A DNA stretch of 64,000 bases from NCBI GenBank assembly GCA_019058315.1, contig JAHPZH010000004.1:256001-320000 (forward strand), given 5' to 3'. The notes under the pieces were generated by a model. The model saw only the letters and a program-made list of their open reading frames with translations. It ran no database searches and was not told the origin of the DNA. Positions 9,495 to 20,473 of the stretch are shown here, piece by piece. Position 1 is the stretch's first letter. The number at the start of each line of letters is the position of its first letter. The translations under genes were made by a program, and so were the position numbers. The stretch is from Candidatus Helarchaeota archaeon (lineage in GTDB: Archaea; Asgardarchaeota; Lokiarchaeia; Helarchaeales; RDOG01).

Positions 9495-11420
9495 ATGTAT
9501 CAAAAATATTTACTTGGAGGAATTGGAAGTTTAATTTTTACGGCTACTTTTTTATTGGCGGGTACCATTGGCATGCTAGTTGGATCATTACCTGCTTTAG
9601 CGATTATAAATTTTATTATTGCTTCTATTAGTTTAATTTTTATAAGTCTTGGGTTTCGCGAATCTTATCAAATACACCAAATAAAAGATTTAGATACCCT
9701 TTACAAGTTTTTTTTGGTATTTGGAATTCTTTTTGGTCTTAATGCTTTTGCATCTTATATACCAATCATTGTTACTGGCATAATCTTAATAAAATTAAAA
9801 AAAATCATGAGATATCAAAATTTAAGTATAGCTACTGGATTGATAGCTTTAATTTGTGGATTTTTTAGTGCAATTGTTTTAATAGTCTTATCAGCTCTCC
9901 TTCCAAGTCATCATGGATTTACTTGTATTCAATTCCATTGGATAATTTGTGGATTCTCAGGAATTTTGATTGCAATCTTATTTTTTAAAGGATATGGAGA
10001 AGATTTTATCATAAAAGAAGGGGAAGAACTTCTCATTCATAAGGAAGAAATTGAAGAACCGCTAATTGAAGAATCGGGAATTTCATTCACCTATAAAGGC
10101 CAGCAAATTGTCTATATAATAATTATTTTGATCTTAATAGTTTTAGATATTGCTTTTATTATAGATATACTTAACCCAATCTATAGGAATAGTGTTGAAT
10201 GGAGAAATTTCTGGGGTGTATGTATTGTAATTTTTTCATTAACTATAATTTTTACAATTTTACTCATTAGAGCTTCAAAGAAATTAAGGGAGGAAGGATC
10301 GGTTCGGGATTACCTTATAGCAGCAAGTAGAAGAAAGAAGGGTGCTATAGAGGCAAATAAAAAAGGAAAAACTGAAAGAGCGATTATAAGGTTGAATAAA
10401 TCAATCGAATTCTTAGAAAAAGGGAAGATCGAAGCAAATAAATATAATCCATCGTTAATTCCGAAAATTGATGATGAAATTGAGATAATACAATCTTATA
10501 TATCCAATTTTTCTACAGAAACTATAATTTCTACCGAAATAAGGACTCCTACTGAAAAAATAACTCCCCCTATTGAAGCAGATTCAAGAAGGTATGTTGT
10601 GAAAAAAGATATTATTCTTAAACGTGGAGGCGAAATTCAAGGAGGAAAATATATTTTTAAAATAAAAGTCGAAAATAATTCCAGTTTTAACATCACAGAT
10701 TTAAATTTTCAAATTATTTCTTATCCTAGAGATAGTATTAATCTAATTGGGGACAAATTTCGCGAGATTTCAAAATTAAATGCCGGAGGGCTTGTTAGTC
10801 CGACTTTTGAGTTTCAACCTACAAGTGATTGTATTGTAGGAACTATTCATTCTACCGTTTCCTATATAGATCATTCAAATAATTTACATACTGAAAAAGT
10901 TCAGCCTCATGAGATTTCCATAGTCTGTGGTCTATTACAACCACGAAAAATTGATGTTAATGAATTCATAAAAGTTTGTCAGGAATTATTAGATTATGAA
11001 AAAGTAGGAGAGGAGATAAAAATACCCTATAATTCAAAATTGATATTTGAAAAATTGAAAGTGCTTTTACCTGACCAAAACTTCATGTTCGTTACAAATC
11101 CTGAATCAAAATTAATAGGAGATACATTTTTTGGAGAAATTAATGGATTTGCGGAAGGTAAATTCAATAAAAAGTGTGTAGGTTTAAAAATAACCATTAC
11201 AGGAAATACAAATCAAAATTCTAGCATAGGAATGATTGAAGTTTTTGCTCAAGATAGATCAATGCTCCCTTCACTAATTTCAGAATTGAGTGAAAGAATA
11301 ATATATTGGTACTGTAAACGATGTAAGGGGCCTTTAGAAATGGAAGATGTTGAAAAATTATTAAGAAATGAATTAATTAAATGTAGATATTGTGATCATG
11401 TGATGAGTAAATTATTATAA
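9495..11420 (+). CDS. Polytopic membrane protein with cytosolic helical segment, adaptin-appendage-like (Ig sandwich + platform) domain and C-terminal Zn ribbon
   Basis: ~7-8 TM N-terminal half; beta-rich 'FKIKVENNSSFNITDL...GTIHSTVSYID'; 'LQPRKIDVNEF...L'; terminal CKRC...CRYC. Confidence 0.6.
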   Translation: MYQKYLLGGIGSLIFTATFLLAGTIGMLVGSLPALAIINFIIASISLIFISLGFRESYQIHQIKDLDTLYKFFLVFGILFGLNAFASYIPIIVTGIILIKLKKIMRYQNLSIATGLIALICGFFSAIVLIVLSALLPSHHGFTCIQFHWIICGFSGILIAILFFKGYGEDFIIKEGEELLIHKEEIEEPLIEESGISFTYKGQQIVYIIIILILIVLDIAFIIDILNPIYRNSVEWRNFWGVCIVIFSLTIIFTILLIRASKKLREEGSVRDYLIAASRRKKGAIEANKKGKTERAIIRLNKSIEFLEKGKIEANKYNPSLIPKIDDEIEIIQSYISNFSTETIISTEIRTPTEKITPPIEADSRRYVVKKDIILKRGGEIQGGKYIFKIKVENNSSFNITDLNFQIISYPRDSINLIGDKFREISKLNAGGLVSPTFEFQPTSDCIVGTIHSTVSYIDHSNNLHTEKVQPHEISIVCGLLQPRKIDVNEFIKVCQELLDYEKVGEEIKIPYNSKLIFEKLKVLLPDQNFMFVTNPESKLIGDTFFGEINGFAEGKFNKKCVGLKITITGNTNQNSSIGMIEVFAQDRSMLPSLISELSERIIYWYCKRCKGPLEMEDVEKLLRNELIKCRYCDHVMSKLL

Positions 11421-11423
11421 ATG

Positions 11424-12725
11424 TTAAAAATCAATTTTTTTTCCATCATATGTATATTCAAATATTTTTTTACAAGCTTCTAAATCATAATCTGGTCTTG
11501 GAGAAAACCAGCTTGCACCATCGTTGAATGCGGTTTCAGCCAATAACTCTAATTTTTCTTTAAATTCTTTTTCATCAATTCCCCAATCTTTTATTGTAAG
11601 TGGAGTGTCTAACTTTCTCATTAATTCTTGATATTTCTTAACTAGTTTATCAAGATATTCTTCATTACTTGAAGCTTGAATACCCAAATCTTTAGCTAAA
11701 TCAAGATATCGGTCCGATGTTTTAGCTACATATTGTAAACAATAGGGGATAAAAATCCCACAACCAAGTCCGTGATGTGTTTTAAATATTAATTCCATTG
11801 TATGGGCAAAAGCATGATCAAGCGCAGGAGCTGAATTTGACGTTGCAAACGCAGCCATATTTGATGCAATATGCATATAATATTTAGCATCCAAATCTTC
11901 AGGATCTATATATGATCTTTCGAAATATTCAAATATTAATTTTATAGCTTTTAAAGCAAATGCTTCCGTATAAGGAGTGCACCAATGCGAAATATATGCA
12001 TTAGTGGCGTGACTTAATGCGTCAAAACCACTACCTTTAACCAATTTTGGTGGCATTGTTTGAACCATGCTTGTTTCCAAAATTGTGACATGTGGTATGG
12101 TTTCCATTGATATAATAGATACCTTTCTAGGTGGGGTGAACGATGTATCTGTAAGCACAGTTGCAGTTGTTGCTTCTGAGCCCGAACCGGACGAAGTTGG
12201 AATTGCAACAAACTTAACCTTGTGTAAATTTATAGGTACTAAAGGTTGTACATCATAAAGATCAAGATCTGGTCTCTCAAATAAAATCCAAATTCCTTTT
12301 GCTATATCTAAAACTGAGCCCCCACCAACAGCTATGATTAAATCCGCATCAAATTCGTTTAAAGCTTCAACACCTTTTTTGATGTTTTCTATTGGTAGAA
12401 CTGGTTCGATATTATTCCAAATTTTATATTCAAATTTAGCTCTTTTAAGCACCTTTTCTACTGGACCGCATAACGTTATTGTATGCTTTCCTGTTACTAT
12501 AAATGCTCTCTTCTTATTTGATAATACATTTAATAAGGTCCTAAATTGATCTTTTATTATTTTATCACCGAAAAAAGTCATGTTTCCTATGAAATAACTC
12601 ATGTTTCTTCTCGCTTTTTTAGTGCCCAAGGATTGTATAAGACCTCTTGCTACGGGATCTTCAAAATAGTACTTTTTTTTAGCCAATTTTTTCACTATCC
12701 CATTATTAATATAAAAAATAATCAA
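11424..12725 (-). CDS. Iron-containing alcohol dehydrogenase
   Basis: 'GGGSVLDIAK', 'AIPTSSGSGSE', 'DALSHA', 'HAFAH...HG'. Confidence 0.93.
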   Translation of the reverse strand: MIIFYINNGIVKKLAKKKYYFEDPVARGLIQSLGTKKARRNMSYFIGNMTFFGDKIIKDQFRTLLNVLSNKKRAFIVTGKHTITLCGPVEKVLKRAKFEYKIWNNIEPVLPIENIKKGVEALNEFDADLIIAVGGGSVLDIAKGIWILFERPDLDLYDVQPLVPINLHKVKFVAIPTSSGSGSEATTATVLTDTSFTPPRKVSIISMETIPHVTILETSMVQTMPPKLVKGSGFDALSHATNAYISHWCTPYTEAFALKAIKLIFEYFERSYIDPEDLDAKYYMHIASNMAAFATSNSAPALDHAFAHTMELIFKTHHGLGCGIFIPYCLQYVAKTSDRYLDLAKDLGIQASSNEEYLDKLVKKYQELMRKLDTPLTIKDWGIDEKEFKEKLELLAETAFNDGASWFSPRPDYDLEACKKIFEYTYDGKKIDF

Positions 12726-12772
12726 ATAAAACGGAATTTAAAGTTTAGTCAAGTTATGATTAAACCAAAGTT

Positions 12773-13690
12773 TTAATCTTCAAAATAAAATCCCATAAGA
12801 ATTTCAAATACCCTATTCGCAAGTTCGGGTAATTTCTCTAAAATTAATTTTTCAGTTCTGGAATTTCTAGAATATGCCATGATATAGTATTCTTCATCTT
12901 CGTAATTGAATTTTTGAAAATACCCTCTTCCCCCTTTTAATTCAATTTGTAGTTTTTCTGGTGGATTTCCTTGAGCAGCTTGTTTAGCCCAAGTACCAAC
13001 GAATTGTTGAAATCCTTCATCAGTAATTTTAAGATTTTCTTCGTTGCTAGCGTGTATATCAAGAATTAAAAAATTTGTATCAACGAGAATAACCCCAGAA
13101 GAGAAGGTGGCTCTTGCAAACTCTTTTAATATTTTATTAAGCACATCTTCTATCTTTCTAATCTTTCTAAAAGCTCCTGAAAATGAGAATATAATTGACC
13201 AATAATCATTAATAGAAGTTTCAAAATATTGAGCTTTTTTTATCGCATCAAAATTTTCTTTAATCTTTTTTACCCTAGAACGAATTCTGGGATCACTTTT
13301 AATCTCTGGATCCATTTTATGAATAAAAATAAAAATTTTATCTGGATCTATAGATTGAATTTCGGGTAAATTAAATAAATTCTTATAATATTCAATAGAA
13401 CTATCCAAATTCTCCATATCTTGAGCATCAACGAAATATAACATTAAGTCTATTTGGCTCAAATATCTATCTGGGTTTTTAAGATAATCCTCTCGATAAA
13501 TTTGTTGTCCACCATAATCGTAAATATAAAGATCAGAACCTAAAATTCTAATCTTGTTTCTATCAACTCCAACAGTGGCTCTAATATCATAAAGAGCCCT
13601 AAATTCTTGTTGTAAGGCTTCTAAATACGAAGTTTTTCCAGCTGCAGCTAGACCCAGCAGAGCGATTTTGCTTGCTTCTTTTGTGGACAT
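12773..13690 (-). CDS. Rag/Gtr-like small GTPase with C-terminal roadblock-like domain (Asgard eukaryotic signature protein)
   Basis: G1 GLAAAGKTS, G2 ATVG, G3 YDYGGQ, G4 HKMD, G5 ETSI; ~125-aa alpha/beta C-terminal domain. Confidence 0.85.
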   Translation of the reverse strand: MSTKEASKIALLGLAAAGKTSYLEALQQEFRALYDIRATVGVDRNKIRILGSDLYIYDYGGQQIYREDYLKNPDRYLSQIDLMLYFVDAQDMENLDSSIEYYKNLFNLPEIQSIDPDKIFIFIHKMDPEIKSDPRIRSRVKKIKENFDAIKKAQYFETSINDYWSIIFSFSGAFRKIRKIEDVLNKILKEFARATFSSGVILVDTNFLILDIHASNEENLKITDEGFQQFVGTWAKQAAQGNPPEKLQIELKGGRGYFQKFNYEDEEYYIMAYSRNSRTEKLILEKLPELANRVFEILMGFYFED

Positions 13691-13840
13691 TATAAAAATC
13701 TCATAAAAATTATGTTAAGATTAATATTATTTCATTTGAAAAAAAGTTGATGGAACTAAGGATAAATATAAAAATCGATAAAAATACAATAATTTATATT
13801 AAATTTAATAAAAAACAATTATTAATGAGTTAGAACGAAA

Positions 13841-14608
13841 ATGGGATTAATTTATTCAATTGAATTTGCTCTAAACCAATTAACGGGGTACTATTCCACT
13901 AAAGATCCATCAGGATTACTTACTCCCATTCTAGCATTTTCAATTTTAGGAGTAACCGCTTTAAGTATAGTAAATTTATTTAAAAAATATAAAGAAACTC
14001 ATGAACAATCAACATTGTCATGGGCATTATCATTATTGTTTGTAGAATTAGCTTTAACATTTATAATCATGGAAAATATTAGCTATACTATTTTAGGTCA
14101 ACCTGATTTTGGCAGAATAATGTCAGTATCGGCAATTAGTTGTATTATTTGTGGAGTTATTACTCTTGATAACTTTGCATTAAGTATGACATACCCAAAG
14201 TATAAGAATAAATTAATATTAATTGTGGCAATTTTAGGAATAATATCCATTCTATTAATAATTTATGCAAATATATTAGGACCTCCTTACGCAGAAGTTC
14301 GGGGTTTTGTATTAATATATGACCTTAATATTAGCTATTTTATTCTTGCATATGTTATACCTAATTTTTTCGTTGGTCCAATAATTTTCTTCTATTTCGC
14401 TTCAAAGATCCGTGAAGAAAATAGACCAAAATCCAATCTATCTTTATGGATGGGAACAGGATTAACTTGCTTTGGATTAGGTTATGTTTTAACATTTATT
14501 CCAATTATAGCGATATCTTTATCATTTTTCTTAGCAACTACTATAATAATGTACATCTGCTTTTCTATGCCTGAATGGTTCAAAAATAAGATCGGTTGGG
14601 TTACTTAA
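13841..14608 (+). CDS. Seven-TM membrane protein, paralog 1 of tandem pair A
   Basis: ~7 hydrophobic helices; high identity to 14789..15556. Confidence 0.8.
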   Translation: MGLIYSIEFALNQLTGYYSTKDPSGLLTPILAFSILGVTALSIVNLFKKYKETHEQSTLSWALSLLFVELALTFIIMENISYTILGQPDFGRIMSVSAISCIICGVITLDNFALSMTYPKYKNKLILIVAILGIISILLIIYANILGPPYAEVRGFVLIYDLNISYFILAYVIPNFFVGPIIFFYFASKIREENRPKSNLSLWMGTGLTCFGLGYVLTFIPIIAISLSFFLATTIIMYICFSMPEWFKNKIGWVT

Positions 14609-14788
14609 ATCGGAGCTTTAAAATAAAATTCATTCTTTGACAATTTTATTCAACAAAATTATGATAAATCTAATATTTCATTTAAAAAAAGTCGATTTTA
14701 ATAAAAGTATATATAATAAAATCGATATCTATAAGATATTCCATATTAAATTTAATAAGAAATAATCTAGTAATGGACAAGATAGATA

Positions 14789-15556
14789 ATGGGAATAATT
14801 TATTCTATAGAATTTTTTTTCAACCAACTAACGGGGTATGTTTACAATCGTGATCCGTCATTTTTCTTAGTTCCTTATCTTGCTTTAGCAATATTAGGAG
14901 TAACCGCTTTAAGTATAGTAAAACTATTTAAAAAATATCAAGTAACTCATGAACAATCAACTCTATCATGGGCATTTTCGTTATTATTTATAGAATTTAC
15001 TCTAATATTTTTAATTTTAGAAAATATTAGCTATACTACTCTAGGTCAACCCGATTTTGGCAGATTAATGTCAACAATGGCATTTACTTGTGTTATTTGT
15101 GGAATTATTACTCTTGATAACTTTGCATTAAGTATGACCTACCCAAAACAAAAGAATAAATTATTAATAATAGTGGCGATTTTAGGAATAATATCCCTCC
15201 TATTAGTAATTTTTGCAAATATATCAGGACCTCCATATGCAGAAGTTCAAGGATTTGTATTAAAACTTGATATTTATATTACTATTTTTGTTTTTGCATT
15301 TATTATACCGAACTTTTTCGTTGGTCCAATAATCTTCTACTATTTCGCTTTAATGATTCGAGAAGAAAATAGACCAAAATCCAATCTATCTTTATGGATG
15401 GGAATAGGATTAACTTGCTTTGGATTAGGCTACGTTTTAACATATATTCCAATCTTAGCAATAGCTTTTTCATTTTTCTTAGCAACTACTATAATAATGT
15501 ATATCTGCTTTAATATACCTGGATGGTTCAAAAATAGGATCGGTTGGGATTCCTAG
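14789..15556 (+). CDS. Seven-TM membrane protein, paralog 2 of tandem pair A
   Basis: Same length (255 aa) and long identical blocks, e.g. 'IREENRPKSNLSLWMG'. Confidence 0.8.
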   Translation: MGIIYSIEFFFNQLTGYVYNRDPSFFLVPYLALAILGVTALSIVKLFKKYQVTHEQSTLSWAFSLLFIEFTLIFLILENISYTTLGQPDFGRLMSTMAFTCVICGIITLDNFALSMTYPKQKNKLLIIVAILGIISLLLVIFANISGPPYAEVQGFVLKLDIYITIFVFAFIIPNFFVGPIIFYYFALMIREENRPKSNLSLWMGIGLTCFGLGYVLTYIPILAIAFSFFLATTIIMYICFNIPGWFKNRIGWDS

Positions 15557-15568
15557 TTAGCGGGGGAC

Positions 15569-16804
15569 TTAACTTAATTTCTCTATTTTTTTATAAATAT
15601 CATCAATTTCTTTTTTTATTAGCTGGTAATCACCTAATTTAAGCCCTTTAATGTTTAATTTTACTTTTAATAATTCGATTTTTTTAATATATCCCTCAAT
15701 TTTTCGTTTTTTACGAAGTTGGATGAATTCTTTTATTCCTTTTTCCCCTTTTTTGATTAATTCCCGCTCTTCATCATTTAAAATATGTTGGTCTATATAT
15801 AAATTCTTTAATTTAGTGAGATTCTCCAAACCCTCTATCTCTTTAATTGGGTTACCATAAAGAATTAATTCTTCTAATTGGTGAAGATTTTCTAAACCTT
15901 CAATTTTTGAAATCTTATTCTGATAGATAGACAAAAACTTCAATTTGGAAAGGTGTGCTAAACCTTCAATTTTTGAAATTTGGTTGCTATAAAGTGCTAA
16001 CCATTCCAATTGTAAGAGATTTTCTAATCCTTCTATTTTTTTAATTTTATTTTGGCCAATACTTAAATCTATTAAATGTGAAATTGCATCCAAATTCTCA
16101 AGTTTCGAGATTTTACAAAAAGAGAGCTCTAATTGTAGCAATTTTTTAAGATCCTCTAATCCTTCTATCTTTGTTATATTGTGTGTTCCTAAGTATAGCA
16201 CCTCTAATTGTGGAATAATATCAAATCCCTCTATTTTTTTAAATTGATTTGCGACTAGATATAAATTTTTTAATTTAGATAGTCCCTCCAACCCTTCTGT
16301 AGTTTTGATTTCATTATGGCTAATCTCAATTTGCATTAATTCTGATAAATTTTCAAATCCCTCAAATTTTTTTATTTGATTATTATAAAGAGCTATTTTT
16401 TTTAGTGTAGTAAGATTGTTTAAACCTTCTATCTTGGAGATGTTGTTTTCATGTAACCTTAATTCTTCTAATTTTGATAGATTGTCCAACCCTTCTATTT
16501 TCTTTATTTGATTATAACCAAGGTTTAATATACGTAATTTTGATAAAGAGTTTAAATTATCTATTTTTAAAATTTTATTACGATGAAATTCTAATTTTTC
16601 TACTTGTACAAATTTTTTTATTTCCGTAGGGATTTTGTTTAACCCTCTATCATTTAATTTTAATTTAATTACATGCCCCTCTTTATTAACCTCAAAATCT
16701 GAACTATATAATTTAAATTTGCTATCTAAATTCTTTATAGCGTCTCTTTCCTCCATACTTTTAATGATTCCAATATCATTCATTAAAAATACCAATAATT
16801 GCAA
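15569..16804 (-). CDS. Leucine-rich repeat protein (SDS22/internalin-like 22-aa LRRs)
   Basis: ~12 repeats of 'L..L.L..N.I.KIEGLE.L..'. Confidence 0.93.
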   Translation of the reverse strand: MQLLVFLMNDIGIIKSMEERDAIKNLDSKFKLYSSDFEVNKEGHVIKLKLNDRGLNKIPTEIKKFVQVEKLEFHRNKILKIDNLNSLSKLRILNLGYNQIKKIEGLDNLSKLEELRLHENNISKIEGLNNLTTLKKIALYNNQIKKFEGFENLSELMQIEISHNEIKTTEGLEGLSKLKNLYLVANQFKKIEGFDIIPQLEVLYLGTHNITKIEGLEDLKKLLQLELSFCKISKLENLDAISHLIDLSIGQNKIKKIEGLENLLQLEWLALYSNQISKIEGLAHLSKLKFLSIYQNKISKIEGLENLHQLEELILYGNPIKEIEGLENLTKLKNLYIDQHILNDEERELIKKGEKGIKEFIQLRKKRKIEGYIKKIELLKVKLNIKGLKLGDYQLIKKEIDDIYKKIEKLS

Positions 16805-17181
16805 TTATTTTATACTTTTTTATTTGGACATTAATGATATAGTAAATAATATTTATAATAAATTCAATTGATTGGGATAAATGGAGTAATAAAGTGGATA
16901 TCAATGAGATATAATTTAAATTTTTCATAGACTCGCAAAAAAATCAGAAAATTGTCACGAATTTCGTATAGAAATCCTTTTATATAGCTCAAGACATAAA
17001 TTTTTAACGATATACAACCTTAATAGGGAAATTTAATGAAAAAATAGATCTAATCAAATTGGACCTAATTAGGGAAATCGGAGCTAAAATTGTGAGCCTT
17101 ACCCTCGTTTCTCATAATTTAACCCCCCCTCTCCCTATATTCCCTATTTTTTCCGAGGGTGGGGCTCATCAAAATTATAAT

Positions 17182-18114
17182 TTAACCTTGATAAATAGCA
17201 TAAGTTGTAGAAAAATCCCTTTTTTTTAATGCATCCCTTTGAATGAAGACGAAAATTCGCCCCACATCGCCCCATTCCATTTGAGTTTTGTGATCTGAAT
17301 CAATTTGAAACAACTGTCTCCACTTAATACTCTCCTTGTCTATTCTTGCTTTTTCTGATTCATCTAGATTGGTGTATTTTTCACCACTATGTATCTCTTT
17401 CCAAGGAGTTCCCTCAAGACGTAATTGGCAATCTATCTCCATATTATTATCTATTCCATCAGAATATCCAAGCAATCTATGCGTTATAAACATAGGGAGC
17501 CTTCTCATTTTATCTTCTTTTCGATTGTAAAATTTCGAAATTTCACTATATAAACTAATATATAAGTCTTCTTCTTTATCTTTTAGTTCGAGATCTTTTA
17601 AAATTATTGAACGATATCTAGGAAGATCCTTTTCTTTTGAAAATTTGACTGCACATGCTTTGAAAATACCCGCATCCCAAAGATCCTCACGAATATCAAC
17701 TAGTTGTTTGGGAGGTGAGATGCGAGAGAGCTGGGAAGAATCCCCATCAAAATATAAAACCTCTGAGACTTCATTATAATTTTCGTCATAAACACAATCA
17801 TGAACAATGAATCTAATAGTGTCATAAAAAAAATAAAGCATACCAGAAGGTGGAAAGACTTTTTCTTCATCATACTTGGAAAGCTCATATAAATTAAATT
17901 GAGCGATAAAGGAAAGAGGGAGATCCTCATTTTTTGGCCAATCCAAGTCCTTGGGTAGATCAGGAGATCCTCCTATTTTTGATGCACCGATTCTAATTTT
18001 CTCTTCAGGAACTATTTCTGTCCTAACTCTTATAGAATCTCCTAATAAAGGTAGAATCCTATCCTTTATACTTGAAAATTTTCCAGAGTTAATTAATTTA
18101 ATAATTTCGGACAT
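17182..18114 (-). CDS. YwqG/DUF1963 family protein
   Basis: 'SKIGGSPDLP...WP', 'LSFIAQFNL', 'GMLYFFYD', 'LFQIDSD...WGDVG...FI...L..RDF'. Confidence 0.9.
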   Translation of the reverse strand: MSEIIKLINSGKFSSIKDRILPLLGDSIRVRTEIVPEEKIRIGASKIGGSPDLPKDLDWPKNEDLPLSFIAQFNLYELSKYDEEKVFPPSGMLYFFYDTIRFIVHDCVYDENYNEVSEVLYFDGDSSQLSRISPPKQLVDIREDLWDAGIFKACAVKFSKEKDLPRYRSIILKDLELKDKEEDLYISLYSEISKFYNRKEDKMRRLPMFITHRLLGYSDGIDNNMEIDCQLRLEGTPWKEIHSGEKYTNLDESEKARIDKESIKWRQLFQIDSDHKTQMEWGDVGRIFVFIQRDALKKRDFSTTYAIYQG

Positions 18115-18266
18115 TTATGCAATCTTCTTTGGCCATTTCTTTCTATAATCTATAAAAATTGAAAATTTTTATTTCAGATTAAAATGAGCATATTGACAAT
18201 ATTAATATGTTTTTTATTGATAACAGCATTAATAAGAACAAAATGAGAGATTAATGAAAATTAGAG

Positions 18267-19109
18267 GTGATTGGGATATCACAATCAGAGGACTTCTATA
18301 AATTTCTAGCAATTTTTTTACAGCGATATTTTTACCAAATGACATCAGATATAATTTCTATTATAATGTTTGTTCTCGTTGGATTAGTTGTTGTTTCAAT
18401 TCCTGTTGTTTATTATGCATTTAAATTACAAGGGTTTGTTAAATATTCCAAAATGTGGAAACCGTGGAAAAAATTAGCATTTGGTTGGGCTTTAACAACC
18501 GTTGCAGGGATAGTAGGTCTGACAATTATTTTTATTATTTTTTATTTTACAGATTTAATTAAACAAGTTATTGTTCCATTAACAATTCTGGGAATAATTC
18601 TTTCCCCTCTAGTCATCATTATTTTGGTAATAATTATTATGACTATTGATGGAATACGTTCTTTTTATAAAAAAGCACAAGTTTCAGTTAATCCAGAACA
18701 GGAAATAAAGAAATTACGTTATATATTTTCAATTCATAATGAAGTTGGTGTGACTATATATCAAAGAAAATTGGGAGAGTGGGAATTGGAAACGGATTTG
18801 ATAGGAGGATTTTTAACTGCAATACAAAGTTTCAGTTCCGAAATCAAAAAAAAGAGGACTTCCATGCGAAAAATGGAATATAAGGATTTTGAAATTATTA
18901 TAGAACGTGGAAAATATGCATTTTTTGCTATTTTTATTGATGGAACCGAATCTTACTGGATACGGGATAAACTCAGTCTGTTTTCAAAGGAATTTGAAAA
19001 TCTATTCGAAGAATATTTAAAAGTTTGGACTGGTGAATTAACTGTGTTCGAACAATCTGAAAAAAACGAATTTTTAATTAATAGAATCTTTGAATTATAT
19101 AGAATATGA
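18267..19109 (+). CDS. Membrane protein with C-terminal Asgard longin-like domain
   Basis: 3 TM helices then 'GVTIY...DLIGGFLTAIQSFSSEI...IIIERGKY...F..EFE..F...L..WTG'. Confidence 0.75.
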   Translation: MIGISQSEDFYKFLAIFLQRYFYQMTSDIISIIMFVLVGLVVVSIPVVYYAFKLQGFVKYSKMWKPWKKLAFGWALTTVAGIVGLTIIFIIFYFTDLIKQVIVPLTILGIILSPLVIIILVIIIMTIDGIRSFYKKAQVSVNPEQEIKKLRYIFSIHNEVGVTIYQRKLGEWELETDLIGGFLTAIQSFSSEIKKKRTSMRKMEYKDFEIIIERGKYAFFAIFIDGTESYWIRDKLSLFSKEFENLFEEYLKVWTGELTVFEQSEKNEFLINRIFELYRI

Positions 19110-19456
19110 GTTTAATGAATTAATTAAAAGAAAATATGGAACGAAATTGTATATAAAAGATCTTATTAGCTTGATTAATTTTAACGTATTTATTATCTTT
19201 TTCACTCCGTTTTAATAATCATTTTTTGAAGAACATTATAGTATTCAAAATTTTCAATAATATCATTTGAAATTTACTTATTATCAAAAATGAGAAAAAC
19301 AAACAATTAAAATTAAATTAGAACCCTTATCACTAAATCTTAAAACTTTTTTACAGAAAAGATGAAATTTTTCCTTTACAAGAATAAGTAAAATTCATTT
19401 TACTTAAGATTTTTTAAATTCCGATGAATTATATAAATACAATATGAATTAATATA

Positions 19457-20260
19457 TTGATTTTATATCAATCGGTGAATCAAATGATCTCATTTGGAGA
19501 TAAAGTTTATTCATTTATCCTTACCGAAACTGGTTATATTGCTTCAGTTTATGGTCCTGAATTTTTTATTTTGGGATATATTGCGGATATAATTTGGGCT
19601 TCTTTATTTATTGCTTTAATTATTTTAATATTGAAAACTAAATTAACCTATGTTGAAGGATTTAGGAACAATTTTCTTATTGGAATTATATTATTATTGT
19701 TAGAATCCCTAGTATGGATTTTAAACTTAAGAATTTTTTTTGTTTCGTTTGCTGAAAATCAAGGTCCTGCAAGTCTAATTATGGCTTCTCTTTATATATC
19801 TGCTGGTTATTTTCTGATTCGTGGTTTATTAAAGCTAAATAATTATCTTGATACAATCATTGGAACTAAAGAACAAAGAAACAATTTAAATGCACTAATT
19901 TTTGCAATTATAATAACAGCTACTTATCAAGTTTCTGATACACTGGTTCATGGTGTTAATCCCCTTGGAATACCAAGTATAATATTAACTTCGACTATAT
20001 TCATTTCTCAATTGTATATTTCTATATACTCATTTTATTTGCACCGTGATATGAAAGATCTTAAAATAAATATGATGTTATATTTCGGAATCGGTTTTCT
20101 CTTTCTAGTTCTCATAATAGCATTTGGAAGTATTTTTGAATTTGATACATCTCTTTATCTTACAAGTATCGGTTATACCTATTTAGGTTTTCAGGTATTT
20201 TTAATTCTTGGATATCTTGACTTTAAAAATCGAATTTCAAAAATTAAAACTGAAATTTAA
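19457..20260 (+). CDS. Multi-TM (~7) membrane protein, paralog 1 of tandem pair B
   Basis: Hydrophobic helices; paralogous to 20474..21253. Confidence 0.8.
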   Translation: MILYQSVNQMISFGDKVYSFILTETGYIASVYGPEFFILGYIADIIWASLFIALIILILKTKLTYVEGFRNNFLIGIILLLLESLVWILNLRIFFVSFAENQGPASLIMASLYISAGYFLIRGLLKLNNYLDTIIGTKEQRNNLNALIFAIIITATYQVSDTLVHGVNPLGIPSIILTSTIFISQLYISIYSFYLHRDMKDLKINMMLYFGIGFLFLVLIIAFGSIFEFDTSLYLTSIGYTYLGFQVFLILGYLDFKNRISKIKTEI

Positions 20261-20473
20261 GAAGTTTACAAATGAAATATTCGAGAAGAAAAATAGTACA
20301 GTATATTCTGAAGAGCTTTAATATAATCTATTTTCAATAATATCATTTAATTTTTTCCCATAATTCCACAATTTTTAAGTAAAATTCTTTTTACTTAAGA
20401 TTTTAAAAATCGATGAAATATAATAATAAAATGAATTTAAATTGATAATTCTACATTAATCAGGTAGTATTAA

